In this document: positions 19,031-28,371 of the stretch, piece after piece
Layout: each line of letters starts with the position of its first letter
Position numbering within the stretch: the stretch's first letter is position 1
Notes under the pieces: model-generated
What the model saw: the letters and a program-made list of their open reading frames with translations, nothing else
Databases searched by the model: none
Told to the model about the DNA's origin: nothing
Program-made: the position numbers and the translations under genes
NCBI GenBank assembly: GCA_018402205.1
Contig: JAGYIX010000005.1
Coordinates: forward strand, 55,202-119,201
Direction: 5' to 3'
Origin: Flavobacteriaceae bacterium
GTDB taxonomy: Bacteria > Bacteroidota > Bacteroidia > Flavobacteriales > Flavobacteriaceae
Length of the DNA: 64,000 bases

Positions 19031-20815
19031 ATGCAGTCAGACAATTTACATTACGGAATAATCGGAAACGGAGCTTCAGGTGCTCTTGTATCAAAAGACG
19101 CCTATATAGAGTGGTTGTGCCTTCCGCACTTTGCGTCACCCTCTGTTTTTGCCAAAATTCTGGACAAACAAGCAGGTCATTTAGGCATAATACCTGAGAC
19201 TCCTGCCGTAACTCATCAAACGTACCTTGAAAATACGAATATTTTAAAGACCGTTTTCGAAAGTCTCGAAGGATCGTTTGAGGTTTTGGACTTTATGCCT
19301 CGCTATCAAAAAGTAAACGGAAGTTATTATTACCCACCAGAACTTATTCGCATCATAAAACCGTTAACAGGCACACCGAAGATCGCTATTGACTATAATC
19401 CAGCATTAGAATATGCCAAAGGCAAAACGGAGACACACATAAAAGGATCACATCTGATTAGTATACTCGAAGATGAAACGCACTACGATACCCTATTTTT
19501 CTACTCGAATATAGCGTACGAACAAGTTATGGGGCGCGACATTTTTTCACTAGATGAAACAGTCTTTATAACCCTTTCGTACAACGAAAAACTGGAATTA
19601 CCTACTGTTGAAAAGGCTTGGTATGACTTTGATCTGACCAAGGCTTATTGGATGACCTGGGTGCAGCGCACCAAAACCTACCCGCTATATGCGCGAGAAA
19701 TTGAGCGTAGCGCGCTTGTTCTAAAACTATTGTCTTATGATAAGACAGGAGCAATTATTGCCGCCCTCACCACATCAATACCAGAAACTATAGGTGAAGT
19801 AAGAAATTGGGATTATCGGTTTTGTTGGATCAGAGACTCTTCAATGGTGATCAAGGTGCTCTCCCAACTCGGGCACCGCAAGGTGGTCAAGCGCTTCATC
19901 GATTACATAATTGACCTCATTCCAGAAAAAGATGAAAAGCTACAGATCATGTATGGTATAAATGGTGAGCGCACGCTCACCGAAGAAACTTTAGATCACC
20001 TTGAGGGCTACCACGGTTCCAAACCCGTAAGAATCGGAAACGATGCTTACCGTCAGAAACAAAACGATATTTACGGCATTTTGATCGATGCAATTTATGT
20101 AGAACTCAAAAACTACAGCCTAGATTACGAACGCAAAGAGGAGTTATGGGAAGTAGTAAAAAACATTGTTTGGATCGTCTCTAACAATTGGGAAGAACCC
20201 GATAAGGGTATTTGGGAGTTTAGAGGAGAAGACAAACATTTCACCTTTTCTAAAGTGCTGTGTTGGGTAGCTATTGATCGCGCAATTAAGATTGCACAAC
20301 TTCTAGGCATTGAAAAACCCAAATGGGTTGAAACTAGACATCTTATTAAAACCCAGATTGAAGAGAGGGCTTGGAATGAAGAAGTAAAAGCGTACACCCA
20401 ATATTACGGCGCAACCTCTCTCGACGCTTCTGTGCTGCTTATGGAGCAGTACGACTTTGTTTCGGCTAAAGACCCGCGATTTATAGCTACGGTGAAGGCC
20501 ACTGAAAAAGAGCTTTTGAGAGACGGACTAATGTATCGCTACAAAAACGAAGACGATTTTGGACAGCCGTCTTCGTCCTTTACGATTTGTACCTTTTGGT
20601 TTATTCGCAGCTTAGTTAAGATAGGAGAAGTGGAGAAAGCCAAAGCACTTTTTGATCGCCTTCTGTCTCACGCCAATCACCTAGGACTGTTCAGTGAAGA
20701 CATTGATTTCGAATCCAAGCGGCTTTTGGGGAATTTTCCTCAGGCCTACTCTCATCTAGCACTTATAGACACCGCAATTCAATTTAATGAAACATCGAGC
20801 AAGGCCCCGCATTGA
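19031..20815 (+). CDS. glycoside hydrolase family 15 protein (glucoamylase/trehalase-like)
   Basis: N-terminus YGIIGNGASGALVSKDAYIEWLCLPHFASPSVFA. Motifs RNWDYRFCWIRDS and GIWEFRGE are characteristic of bacterial GH15. Confidence 0.9.
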   Translation: MQSDNLHYGIIGNGASGALVSKDAYIEWLCLPHFASPSVFAKILDKQAGHLGIIPETPAVTHQTYLENTNILKTVFESLEGSFEVLDFMPRYQKVNGSYYYPPELIRIIKPLTGTPKIAIDYNPALEYAKGKTETHIKGSHLISILEDETHYDTLFFYSNIAYEQVMGRDIFSLDETVFITLSYNEKLELPTVEKAWYDFDLTKAYWMTWVQRTKTYPLYAREIERSALVLKLLSYDKTGAIIAALTTSIPETIGEVRNWDYRFCWIRDSSMVIKVLSQLGHRKVVKRFIDYIIDLIPEKDEKLQIMYGINGERTLTEETLDHLEGYHGSKPVRIGNDAYRQKQNDIYGILIDAIYVELKNYSLDYERKEELWEVVKNIVWIVSNNWEEPDKGIWEFRGEDKHFTFSKVLCWVAIDRAIKIAQLLGIEKPKWVETRHLIKTQIEERAWNEEVKAYTQYYGATSLDASVLLMEQYDFVSAKDPRFIATVKATEKELLRDGLMYRYKNEDDFGQPSSSFTICTFWFIRSLVKIGEVEKAKALFDRLLSHANHLGLFSEDIDFESKRLLGNFPQAYSHLALIDTAIQFNETSSKAPH

Positions 20816-22092
20816 TTTAGGTATTCTAGCTCGGCAAGCTTTGCGCTAAACTTGGCCTGTACCCCTGTGAGCTCAGCGTTGAGTAAGTTGATTTGTGCCT
20901 GTCTCAATTCAATAGAAGTGATCTGACCCAAGTCAAACTGATTCTTCGATCGCTCAAAATTATCTATGGCGGTAACCACGTTTTCTTGTTGTAGACGGTA
21001 CACCTCAACCGCATTGCGATAGGCTCCTTCTGCGTTTAATAGATCTCTCAGTACCTCCTGCTCAATTTGCTTTTCTTGTAATTCGGTAGAAGCAAGGGCT
21101 ATTTTAGCATTTTTGATGCCTACTTGCTGGGTGCCCTGTCCAAATAAGTTCCAGCTTAAGGTGGCCCCTGCAGACAATCCAATCACCTGGCTTGAGGCCA
21201 AGAATCCAGTAGCCGGAAAAACACCTTCACTGTACCCATACCCAGAATTTATGGCTAAAGATGGAAGCAAGGTAGAGCGCTGTGCCCTTAGACTTAGCGT
21301 ATTAATCTTTTCGTTCGATCTCACTTGAAGAAGCCGCACATTTTTAGAAGAGTATTCTTCACGCTTTTCTATAAGCACCGCATCGTCTAAAAAGCGCACC
21401 ATAGGGTTTACGGTGAAATCGGTTTCTAATTCTCTAGCCAAAATTACATTCAAATTGCGTTTGGCGTTAGTGAGCGCTTGTCGCTGCTGAATCAAGTTGA
21501 TGCTGTCGGTGTTGAGATCAACCCGGGCATTTAAGAGGTCTAATCGGGTAGACGATCCGAACTCAAAGCGCTTATCTGCACGCTCTAATCTCCTTTTAGA
21601 ATTATCAAATGTTTGTTCTAAAATACGCACTCCTTCTTCAAGGCGAGCCACCTCATAATAGGCCGAAAAAAGTTGAATGAGGGTTTGCTCAATAGTTTGA
21701 CGCACGCCCAACTTCGACAACTCGTACTGCTCTTTAAGTCGCTTAAAATTATAGAGCCTGCCCATTCCGTCGAAAAGGGTGAAGTTCATGTTTACCGAGG
21801 CGTTGTAGCGCGTAGTCTCTGCCCCATCAACGGTGCGGGTTTGCCCATCTTGAAACGTAGCCTCTTGATCGTCTATGGCAATGTCGGCACCCGTAGTAGC
21901 TGTAACCGCAGGCAGAAAGCGTGAGTTTAAAATAGAAGCGTTGTTCTTTGCTTGTGCCTGATCGTTTTTAGACACTAAAATGCCAAAATTGTTTTCCAAA
22001 GCCAAAGTCATCGCTTCTTCTGGCTGCAGCACTTGTTGTGCATTTGCGGCCATAAAAAAAGAGATGAAAAAAACGAGTATATACCTATTCAT
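20779..22092 (-). CDS. TolC-family outer membrane efflux protein
   Basis: Signal peptide MNRYILVFFISFFMAANAQ and two OEP-type coiled-coil repeats. Start moved to ATG 22092, which overlaps the RND stop by 8 nt. Confidence 0.85.
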   Translation of the reverse strand: MNRYILVFFISFFMAANAQQVLQPEEAMTLALENNFGILVSKNDQAQAKNNASILNSRFLPAVTATTGADIAIDDQEATFQDGQTRTVDGAETTRYNASVNMNFTLFDGMGRLYNFKRLKEQYELSKLGVRQTIEQTLIQLFSAYYEVARLEEGVRILEQTFDNSKRRLERADKRFEFGSSTRLDLLNARVDLNTDSINLIQQRQALTNAKRNLNVILARELETDFTVNPMVRFLDDAVLIEKREEYSSKNVRLLQVRSNEKINTLSLRAQRSTLLPSLAINSGYGYSEGVFPATGFLASSQVIGLSAGATLSWNLFGQGTQQVGIKNAKIALASTELQEKQIEQEVLRDLLNAEGAYRNAVEVYRLQQENVVTAIDNFERSKNQFDLGQITSIELRQAQINLLNAELTGVQAKFSAKLAELEYLNQCGALLDVSLN

Positions 22093-25000
22093 GAGTGTTT
22101 TGTTGTTCTTTAACTGCACGTTCAACCACCCTGCGATCAGGTTTTACTCCCGTTCTAAGCCAAACCACATAGATTTTCAACGTATTGCTAAACGTCAAGA
22201 ATAACGGAAGCATGATCAAGGTTAGTAAGGTCGCATAGCCTATTCCATATGCAATAGATACCGCCATGGGCTTTAGAAACTGTGCCTGTCTACTTTTTTC
22301 TAGAAGCAAGGGAGATAATCCGGCTATAGTGGTCAGTGAGGTTAAAAAGATAGCCCTGAAACGAGAACGTCCAGCCTCGTATAGCGCTTTTTCAAAGGGC
22401 ATGTTTTGTTTTAGGTTGGTGTTAAATTTTCCTATAAGTACCAATCCGTCGTTTACCATTATACCTATTAGTGCGATGATACCGAGAAGAGACAATATAT
22501 TCAACGGAAACCCGTGAATCTTGTGTCCCCAACCTACGGCCGTGATACTAAAAGGTACCAAGAGCAACAATAGCAAAGGCTGAGAAAAGCTTCTAAACGT
22601 AAAAGAGATGGTGACGAAAATTAAGAATAAGGCGGTAAATCCGACTAATCTTAAAGAATCAATAAGCTTTCCGGCCTCGCGGTTTTGGCCCTCATAAGAG
22701 GGGGATACGGTCGGGTAACGCGCTGTTATATCGGGCATCACCTCAGTTCTAATCCATTCCAAAATCTCGGTGGGTGTGGTCTCATCAGGATTGTCTAGAT
22801 CGGCATTGATTTGAATTTCGCGTTGTCCGTCTAAGTGATTAATGGCTACGTCGCCTCGCTCAATGGAATACGAGGCAATTTCTTGGAGAGGCACTTTGTC
22901 TCCGGTAGGCGTAGCGATACGCATCTGATCTAGGTCTACAATCGATGAACGGTTGGCGCTATTGTAACGAACCCAAACGCGAATCTCATCTTGTCCGCGT
23001 TGAAATCTAAGGGCCTGAGCTCCAAAGAAACCCGAACGCACTTGATCCATTACGATTCTTAAGTCAAGACCCAATAGATAGGCGTTATCTTTAAGTTTGA
23101 GTCTAATTTCTTTAATGCCTGCCGGATCATTATCGGCCACATCTTTCAACAGCGCATTATCAAGCATGGCCGTTTTAAGCTGATTTTTAGCGGCCTTTAA
23201 TTCTTGAATGTTATTGCCAAGCAGTGAAATACTAACCGGTGATCCACCAAAATTTCCTCCTGAGCCGAAAATCAAACTTTCGACACCTAATACAGGCCCC
23301 ACCAGCTCGCGAATTCGAGAAGTCACCAAATTTGAGCGAATAGCATCTGGCCTTTCTTCTCCTGGGAGCAGATTAATAACTAAGCTGGCTGCAGCGGTTC
23401 CCGGACCAATTCTTCGAATCGTATTTTCATAGAGTTTTTTGTCGGTTCCGTTTAGATAGGTTGCTGTAAACTCTTCATTAACGATTAAGGCTTTTTGCTC
23501 AATCATGCGAATGATAGAGTCGGTAATTTTTTCGTTTGTTCCATTAGGCATCTGTAGATTAATGGTCACCTGATCCGATGCAATACGCGGAAAGAAGGCG
23601 GTTTGAATAATTCCCCCACCAATCGATCCGAAAGTAGCAATCAAAAGAGCTACAAAAAGAGCAAAGGTGAAAAACGAATGCCGCAGCGAAAACCTCAGAA
23701 ACGGACTGTATAATTCGTCACGCATCCACACCATGGCACGATCGCCAATTTTATTGATCACCCGCATCTTTGCAAAAGCCTTTCCGATCAAAGAAGTGGG
23801 CTCGGTTTGAGGCTTTAATGCCTTAGAATGAGCCAAATGCGAGGGTAATATAATCAGTGCCTCAACGAGTGAAACCACGAGCGTCAAGATAACAATCACG
23901 GCTACTTCAGAGAAAAACTCTCCAATCTGTCCGTCTAAGAAAAGTAAGATACCAAAAGCTAAAACGGTAGTCATAATGGCCGAGACAATTGGCGGAATCA
24001 CCTCTAAGGTGCCGTCAATAGCGGCCTGAACCGGGCTCTTACCTTTCTCATAGTGCTGGTAGATGTTTTCTGCGATTACGATTCCATCATCGACCAAGAT
24101 TCCGATCACAATGATCATTCCGAATAGCGAGAGTACATTAATAGTTACCCCTGCAAAAGGAGCCACTATAAACATTCCCAAGAATGCCACGGGCAATCCG
24201 AAGGCAACCCAAAAAGCCAATCGCGTGTTCAAAAAGAGAGAAAGAAAAATGAGCACAAGTAGCATACCCATAATGGCGTTCTCTGTGAGCAATTCAGTAC
24301 GCTGAACCAACGTGATAGAGAGGTCATTGATAACATCAAGCCTCACGTTCGAAGACTTGGCATTATAGTCTGCGATATAGGCTTTTACAGCCTCGGCAGC
24401 ACCGATAAGGTCTTCGGTGTTGGTTGAAGTTACCGTAACGGTAATTGCACGTTTTTCGTTAAAATAAGTGGCATTTGGCGTTTCAGAAAAACGGTCAGAC
24501 ACCTTAGCAATGTCAGCGAGCAAGAGCCTTCTTCCGTCAGGAAGCGCCTTTACTACTATAGAAGAAAGCTCGTCTGCATAATAGAGCCTATTATTAGCAC
24601 GAATCAAATATTCTTCAGCCTCAGACTTAATGGTTCCGCCTGTAATCAGTAGGTTACTAGAAGCCACCTTTTGAGCCACTTCAGTAAAACTCAAATTGTA
24701 AGCTAATAATTGATTTTCATCTAAAGCGATCTCTATTTCCTCTTCAGGGTAGCCAGCTACTTCTATCTGAGATATTCCTGAAATCGCACGCAGATCATTC
24801 TCTACCTGACGCCCCACTTGCTTGAGCACCGAAAGTGGAACCGCATCACCACTAATGGCAAAACCGATAGTTTGGCGCACCACATCTTGCTTTGCAACTA
24901 CTAAAGGTTCCATTCCAGCCGGGTAGTTAGACACTCTATCTACGGCATTTTTCACCTCTAACAGCATAAAATCAATGTCACGCCCCTTTTCGATTTCGAC

Positions 25001-25279
25001 GTTAATGCTGCCCGAATTTTCTTTAGAAGTAGAGGTTACGCGGTCTATTCCCTGAAGTCCTTTTAAGTTGTCTTCAATCTTCAATACCACTCCTTCTTCA
25101 ATTTCTTGAGGGGAAGCCCCTGGATAAGCCACTGAAATAATGATATTCTTCGAGTCAGAAAGCGGAAAAAATGACGAGCGCAAAGAGAAGGCTCCGATCA
25201 ATCCAAATACAATAAAGGCAATGATCACAATGTTCACTGCCACTTCGTATTTTATAAAGTAGGCGATTAATTTCTTCAT
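22085..25279 (-). CDS. RND efflux transporter permease (AcrB/HAE family)
   Basis: 1064 aa with 12-TM AcrB architecture: N-terminal FIKYEVAVNIVIIAFIVFG, two large periplasmic loops, and conserved VDDGIVIAENI / VNDGLVLI motifs. Confidence 0.92.
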   Translation of the reverse strand: MKKLIAYFIKYEVAVNIVIIAFIVFGLIGAFSLRSSFFPLSDSKNIIISVAYPGASPQEIEEGVVLKIEDNLKGLQGIDRVTSTSKENSGSINVEIEKGRDIDFMLLEVKNAVDRVSNYPAGMEPLVVAKQDVVRQTIGFAISGDAVPLSVLKQVGRQVENDLRAISGISQIEVAGYPEEEIEIALDENQLLAYNLSFTEVAQKVASSNLLITGGTIKSEAEEYLIRANNRLYYADELSSIVVKALPDGRRLLLADIAKVSDRFSETPNATYFNEKRAITVTVTSTNTEDLIGAAEAVKAYIADYNAKSSNVRLDVINDLSITLVQRTELLTENAIMGMLLVLIFLSLFLNTRLAFWVAFGLPVAFLGMFIVAPFAGVTINVLSLFGMIIVIGILVDDGIVIAENIYQHYEKGKSPVQAAIDGTLEVIPPIVSAIMTTVLAFGILLFLDGQIGEFFSEVAVIVILTLVVSLVEALIILPSHLAHSKALKPQTEPTSLIGKAFAKMRVINKIGDRAMVWMRDELYSPFLRFSLRHSFFTFALFVALLIATFGSIGGGIIQTAFFPRIASDQVTINLQMPNGTNEKITDSIIRMIEQKALIVNEEFTATYLNGTDKKLYENTIRRIGPGTAAASLVINLLPGEERPDAIRSNLVTSRIRELVGPVLGVESLIFGSGGNFGGSPVSISLLGNNIQELKAAKNQLKTAMLDNALLKDVADNDPAGIKEIRLKLKDNAYLLGLDLRIVMDQVRSGFFGAQALRFQRGQDEIRVWVRYNSANRSSIVDLDQMRIATPTGDKVPLQEIASYSIERGDVAINHLDGQREIQINADLDNPDETTPTEILEWIRTEVMPDITARYPTVSPSYEGQNREAGKLIDSLRLVGFTALFLIFVTISFTFRSFSQPLLLLLLVPFSITAVGWGHKIHGFPLNILSLLGIIALIGIMVNDGLVLIGKFNTNLKQNMPFEKALYEAGRSRFRAIFLTSLTTIAGLSPLLLEKSRQAQFLKPMAVSIAYGIGYATLLTLIMLPLFLTFSNTLKIYVVWLRTGVKPDRRVVERAVKEQQNTHE

Positions 25280-25292
25280 GCTTGTACTGCGC

Positions 25293-26405
25293 TTAAGGGG
25301 CGATTACCTTTACGGGCATATTTATTTGAGCCCCCGGAAGGGGCTTAGCCAACATTTGCTCTCCATCGAGAACCCCTTGAACGATTACCGTGTTCTCATT
25401 AAAATGTATAGGCGTAACCTCAATTAACTGCAGGGCTCCATCTCTTATCACAAAAATCTCTTGACTATCGAGCAACAAACTTCTGTCAATTTCAACAGCG
25501 TCTTCTACCGAGCGTACTTCAAGTTCTGTCTTCAAATACTGTCCTTCTTTAAGTTCGGAATCGACTACAGATACAAAAACAGAAATCATCTGTGTCTCTT
25601 GATCAATGGCCGGATTGATCCTAACCACCCTTCCGTCGTATTGGTTTACCCCACCAAGAGAGGTCAATTGCACAGGCTTTCCTATGGCTAAAAAAGAGGC
25701 ATAGGTTGCCGCTACAGGAATTTCAACTTCATAGCGTCCATTCTCAATAAAGGTGCCCAGATTTTGACCCGAGCGCACCAATGTGCCTTCGGTCACGGCA
25801 GCGGCAGAGAGAGCACCCGTAAACGGAGCGATAATAACATATTTAGACAACCGCGTTTCAAGATTAACCACCGTATAATAATTATTGACAATTCCCCTTC
25901 CAGAAATAAAAAAGCGCTCTTTCTCTGATTCGAAGTCAGGAAGTCTCGGAACAGATAAATGAATATTAACGCGTTTTACGTAGGCGTTCCATTTATCGTA
26001 AACTTCAGGAAAGTCAAGCGCGATATCGGCTAGGGTAGTGCTTAAAGCATTTAAAAAGTTACTTTTTGCCGATTGAACCGAAGCCTTAAACTCAGTGTCA
26101 TCAATAGCAATTATAGTGTCGTTTTTTTGGTAGATCTGCCCCGCTCTAAACGCACGATCTTTGAGCAATAAAATGCCTTGAACTTCAGAAAAAAGCTCTA
26201 CACGACGCTGGGCGGTCAATCGACCATTACTGCTTAGTTTTACTCCTAAAGTTTGGTTTTTGGCTTCTTTAGAAAAAACAGATTTAATCGTTTTCTCCAC
26301 GGCTACCTGAGGAGCTTTACTCGCACTTACTAGGTCGTTTGCAATGAAGACAGCAATGGCTATAACCAGTATTCCAAGACCAGCCAAAATGAGTTTACGG
26401 TTCAT
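25293..26405 (-). CDS. RND efflux periplasmic adaptor (membrane fusion protein)
   Basis: N-terminal anchor with a HlyD/biotinyl-lipoyl-like barrel-sandwich pattern. Located immediately upstream of the RND pump. Confidence 0.8.
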   Translation of the reverse strand: MNRKLILAGLGILVIAIAVFIANDLVSASKAPQVAVEKTIKSVFSKEAKNQTLGVKLSSNGRLTAQRRVELFSEVQGILLLKDRAFRAGQIYQKNDTIIAIDDTEFKASVQSAKSNFLNALSTTLADIALDFPEVYDKWNAYVKRVNIHLSVPRLPDFESEKERFFISGRGIVNNYYTVVNLETRLSKYVIIAPFTGALSAAAVTEGTLVRSGQNLGTFIENGRYEVEIPVAATYASFLAIGKPVQLTSLGGVNQYDGRVVRINPAIDQETQMISVFVSVVDSELKEGQYLKTELEVRSVEDAVEIDRSLLLDSQEIFVIRDGALQLIEVTPIHFNENTVIVQGVLDGEQMLAKPLPGAQINMPVKVIAP

Positions 26406-26496
26406 TTATTAACATTTAAAGGCGTATGCAGCACGCGAATTCAGCAAATCTAGCCAAAACCGTGCCAAACCTTGATTTTTTTAAATCAAATGATCG

Positions 26497-28338
26497 TTAA
26501 GGTCTGTACTGTAAAGCAAAAAATAGATTTCTGCCTGGCATAGAAATTAAACTGGTCTCCCAATAGGATTGATTCAATAAATTGTTTAAACCCATATTTA
26601 ATCTAAGGTCGTTAAGCGTTTTTGAAAGCGTCAAATCAACAACAGTGTAAGACCTGCCGGTCGCGCGCTCTACCCACTTAACCGAGGTGAACATAGAGCT
26701 GGTTTTAGTCCATTCAGCAGCTGCACTAAGCACTAGGTGATGCCTTAAGTCATTATCTATGGAATAGCGAGAAAAGGCAGCCGCATCTTCGCTTAATCGC
26801 TGAGACAAGTACGCGTATGCCACACGAAAATCTACAGGAATATAAGCGCTGCTATTTTTGAAGTACTGGTATTCCACTTCTACGCCTTGGGTTTGAAGTG
26901 CTTGAATATTGTTGGCTTTAAATCGCTGCTCTTCAGACGACTTTACGTAATCAATCAGGTTCGATGAGGTCCTAGAAAACAAAGCGAAAGAGGCCATTGA
27001 ACGTTTTTGATTTATACGAATTCCTAGTTCAATCGTTTCAGCCTCTTCAGCCACCAGATCTGCATTGCCCTCTGTGCTTGGGTCGCTGTAATACAAGTCG
27101 GTAAAGGTCGGAACACGAAATGTCTTGCCCCAGTTTAGATAAGACTTGATTTTGTCGTTGATTCTCCACCCGGCATCTACTCCCGGAAACACCCTTTCAC
27201 CGAAATCAGAAACGTAATTCATCACTAAACCCGGAGTCACATCAAGCTTACTGTTCCATAAAAAAAAGCGGTGCTCGGCAAATAGATTAACCATGTCTCT
27301 TGAGCGCTCTCCTAGGTTGTTGCTTTGTATATTGGTAGACGATAGGTCTATACCTAATCCCGATTTTCCCAAAGAAGACTCGTGGGCTACATCAAATGCT
27401 GCGCCTATTTTATGAGTGATATGCATATTGCGGTAAATCTCAGGTCGATCGCGAACAAACTCATACATATCTTGACCTCTGCGCCAATATATTCTAGGGG
27501 TAAAAGTGGTGCGCTCTGATTGAAATTGCTGGGTTACTGCAACCAAGCTCGCCTGGGTTTCTTCATACTGATCAATAGCCGAAGGGCTGGCATAAAAACC
27601 ATTCGCTCCAAAAGCCCGAGGAGAGAAAAAAGCCAATACTCTAAAGGGTCGTTCTGTTGAGCCCGAAGCCAATGAGACAAACCACTGCTGTTGGCGGTAG
27701 TCGGTGTTGTGCCTATATCCGTCTGATTGGGCGTGGCTGGCGAAGGCCAGCACACGCACTTGATCAGTATTTAGTGAGCCTCGCGCTTGTAGACCTGCCG
27801 TACCAAAAGATCCGCCTTGAATTTCGCCCTGAACTCCAGACTCAAGGGTTCTTTTGGTGACTATATTAATAGCCCCAGAAAAGGCGTTTTGCCCGTAGAC
27901 TCTGGCCGAAGCTCCCCTTACGATCTCAACCCGTTCAATGAGGGCTACCGGAGGTAAAAAATTAGCTAAATGATGGCCCGTTTGAGCGTCTTCTAGAGCG
28001 ATACCATCAATGAGCAGCAGCGTCTGATCGAAGGTGCCTCCTCGTAAATTGAGATCGGCTTGGGTGGGACCCACTCCCCTTCTGCGCACGTCTAGCCCGG
28101 CCACCTGCTGTAAAAAATCTACCAGGTGCAGTACGCCTGATTGCGCGATTGCCTCAGCCGAATACACGGTCACCGACTTAGATTCATTTACGTAAGCTTC
28201 AGCAATGCGCCCTTGTACCACGACCTCCCCTAAAACTTGAGTAGGCAGGCTATCGCTGGGTGCCTCTAGCTGAGCAGATAGCGCAAGAGTGCCTGTCAGA
28301 AAAGCAAAAAAGGCGAGTACAGCAACGGATCGCTTCAT
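26497..28338 (-). CDS. TonB-dependent receptor (small, about BtuB size)
   Basis: Signal peptide. Plug motifs DFLQQVAGLDVRRRG, LNLRGGTFDQTLLLIDGI and VEIVRGASARVYGQNAFSGAINIVTK. Terminal aromatic strand FFALQYRP. Confidence 0.88.
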   Translation of the reverse strand: MKRSVAVLAFFAFLTGTLALSAQLEAPSDSLPTQVLGEVVVQGRIAEAYVNESKSVTVYSAEAIAQSGVLHLVDFLQQVAGLDVRRRGVGPTQADLNLRGGTFDQTLLLIDGIALEDAQTGHHLANFLPPVALIERVEIVRGASARVYGQNAFSGAINIVTKRTLESGVQGEIQGGSFGTAGLQARGSLNTDQVRVLAFASHAQSDGYRHNTDYRQQQWFVSLASGSTERPFRVLAFFSPRAFGANGFYASPSAIDQYEETQASLVAVTQQFQSERTTFTPRIYWRRGQDMYEFVRDRPEIYRNMHITHKIGAAFDVAHESSLGKSGLGIDLSSTNIQSNNLGERSRDMVNLFAEHRFFLWNSKLDVTPGLVMNYVSDFGERVFPGVDAGWRINDKIKSYLNWGKTFRVPTFTDLYYSDPSTEGNADLVAEEAETIELGIRINQKRSMASFALFSRTSSNLIDYVKSSEEQRFKANNIQALQTQGVEVEYQYFKNSSAYIPVDFRVAYAYLSQRLSEDAAAFSRYSIDNDLRHHLVLSAAAEWTKTSSMFTSVKWVERATGRSYTVVDLTLSKTLNDLRLNMGLNNLLNQSYWETSLISMPGRNLFFALQYRP

Positions 28339-28371
28339 TAGCGGCTTAGTTAAGCCGCAAAAGTAAGCAAC

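Noticed and set aside
26472-26489. Hairpin TTGATTT-tttt-AAATCAA just downstream of the receptor stop, considered as a terminator.
   Set aside because: The stem is 7 bp and almost entirely A:T, and no U-tract follows on the transcribed (minus) strand. That is too weak to call.
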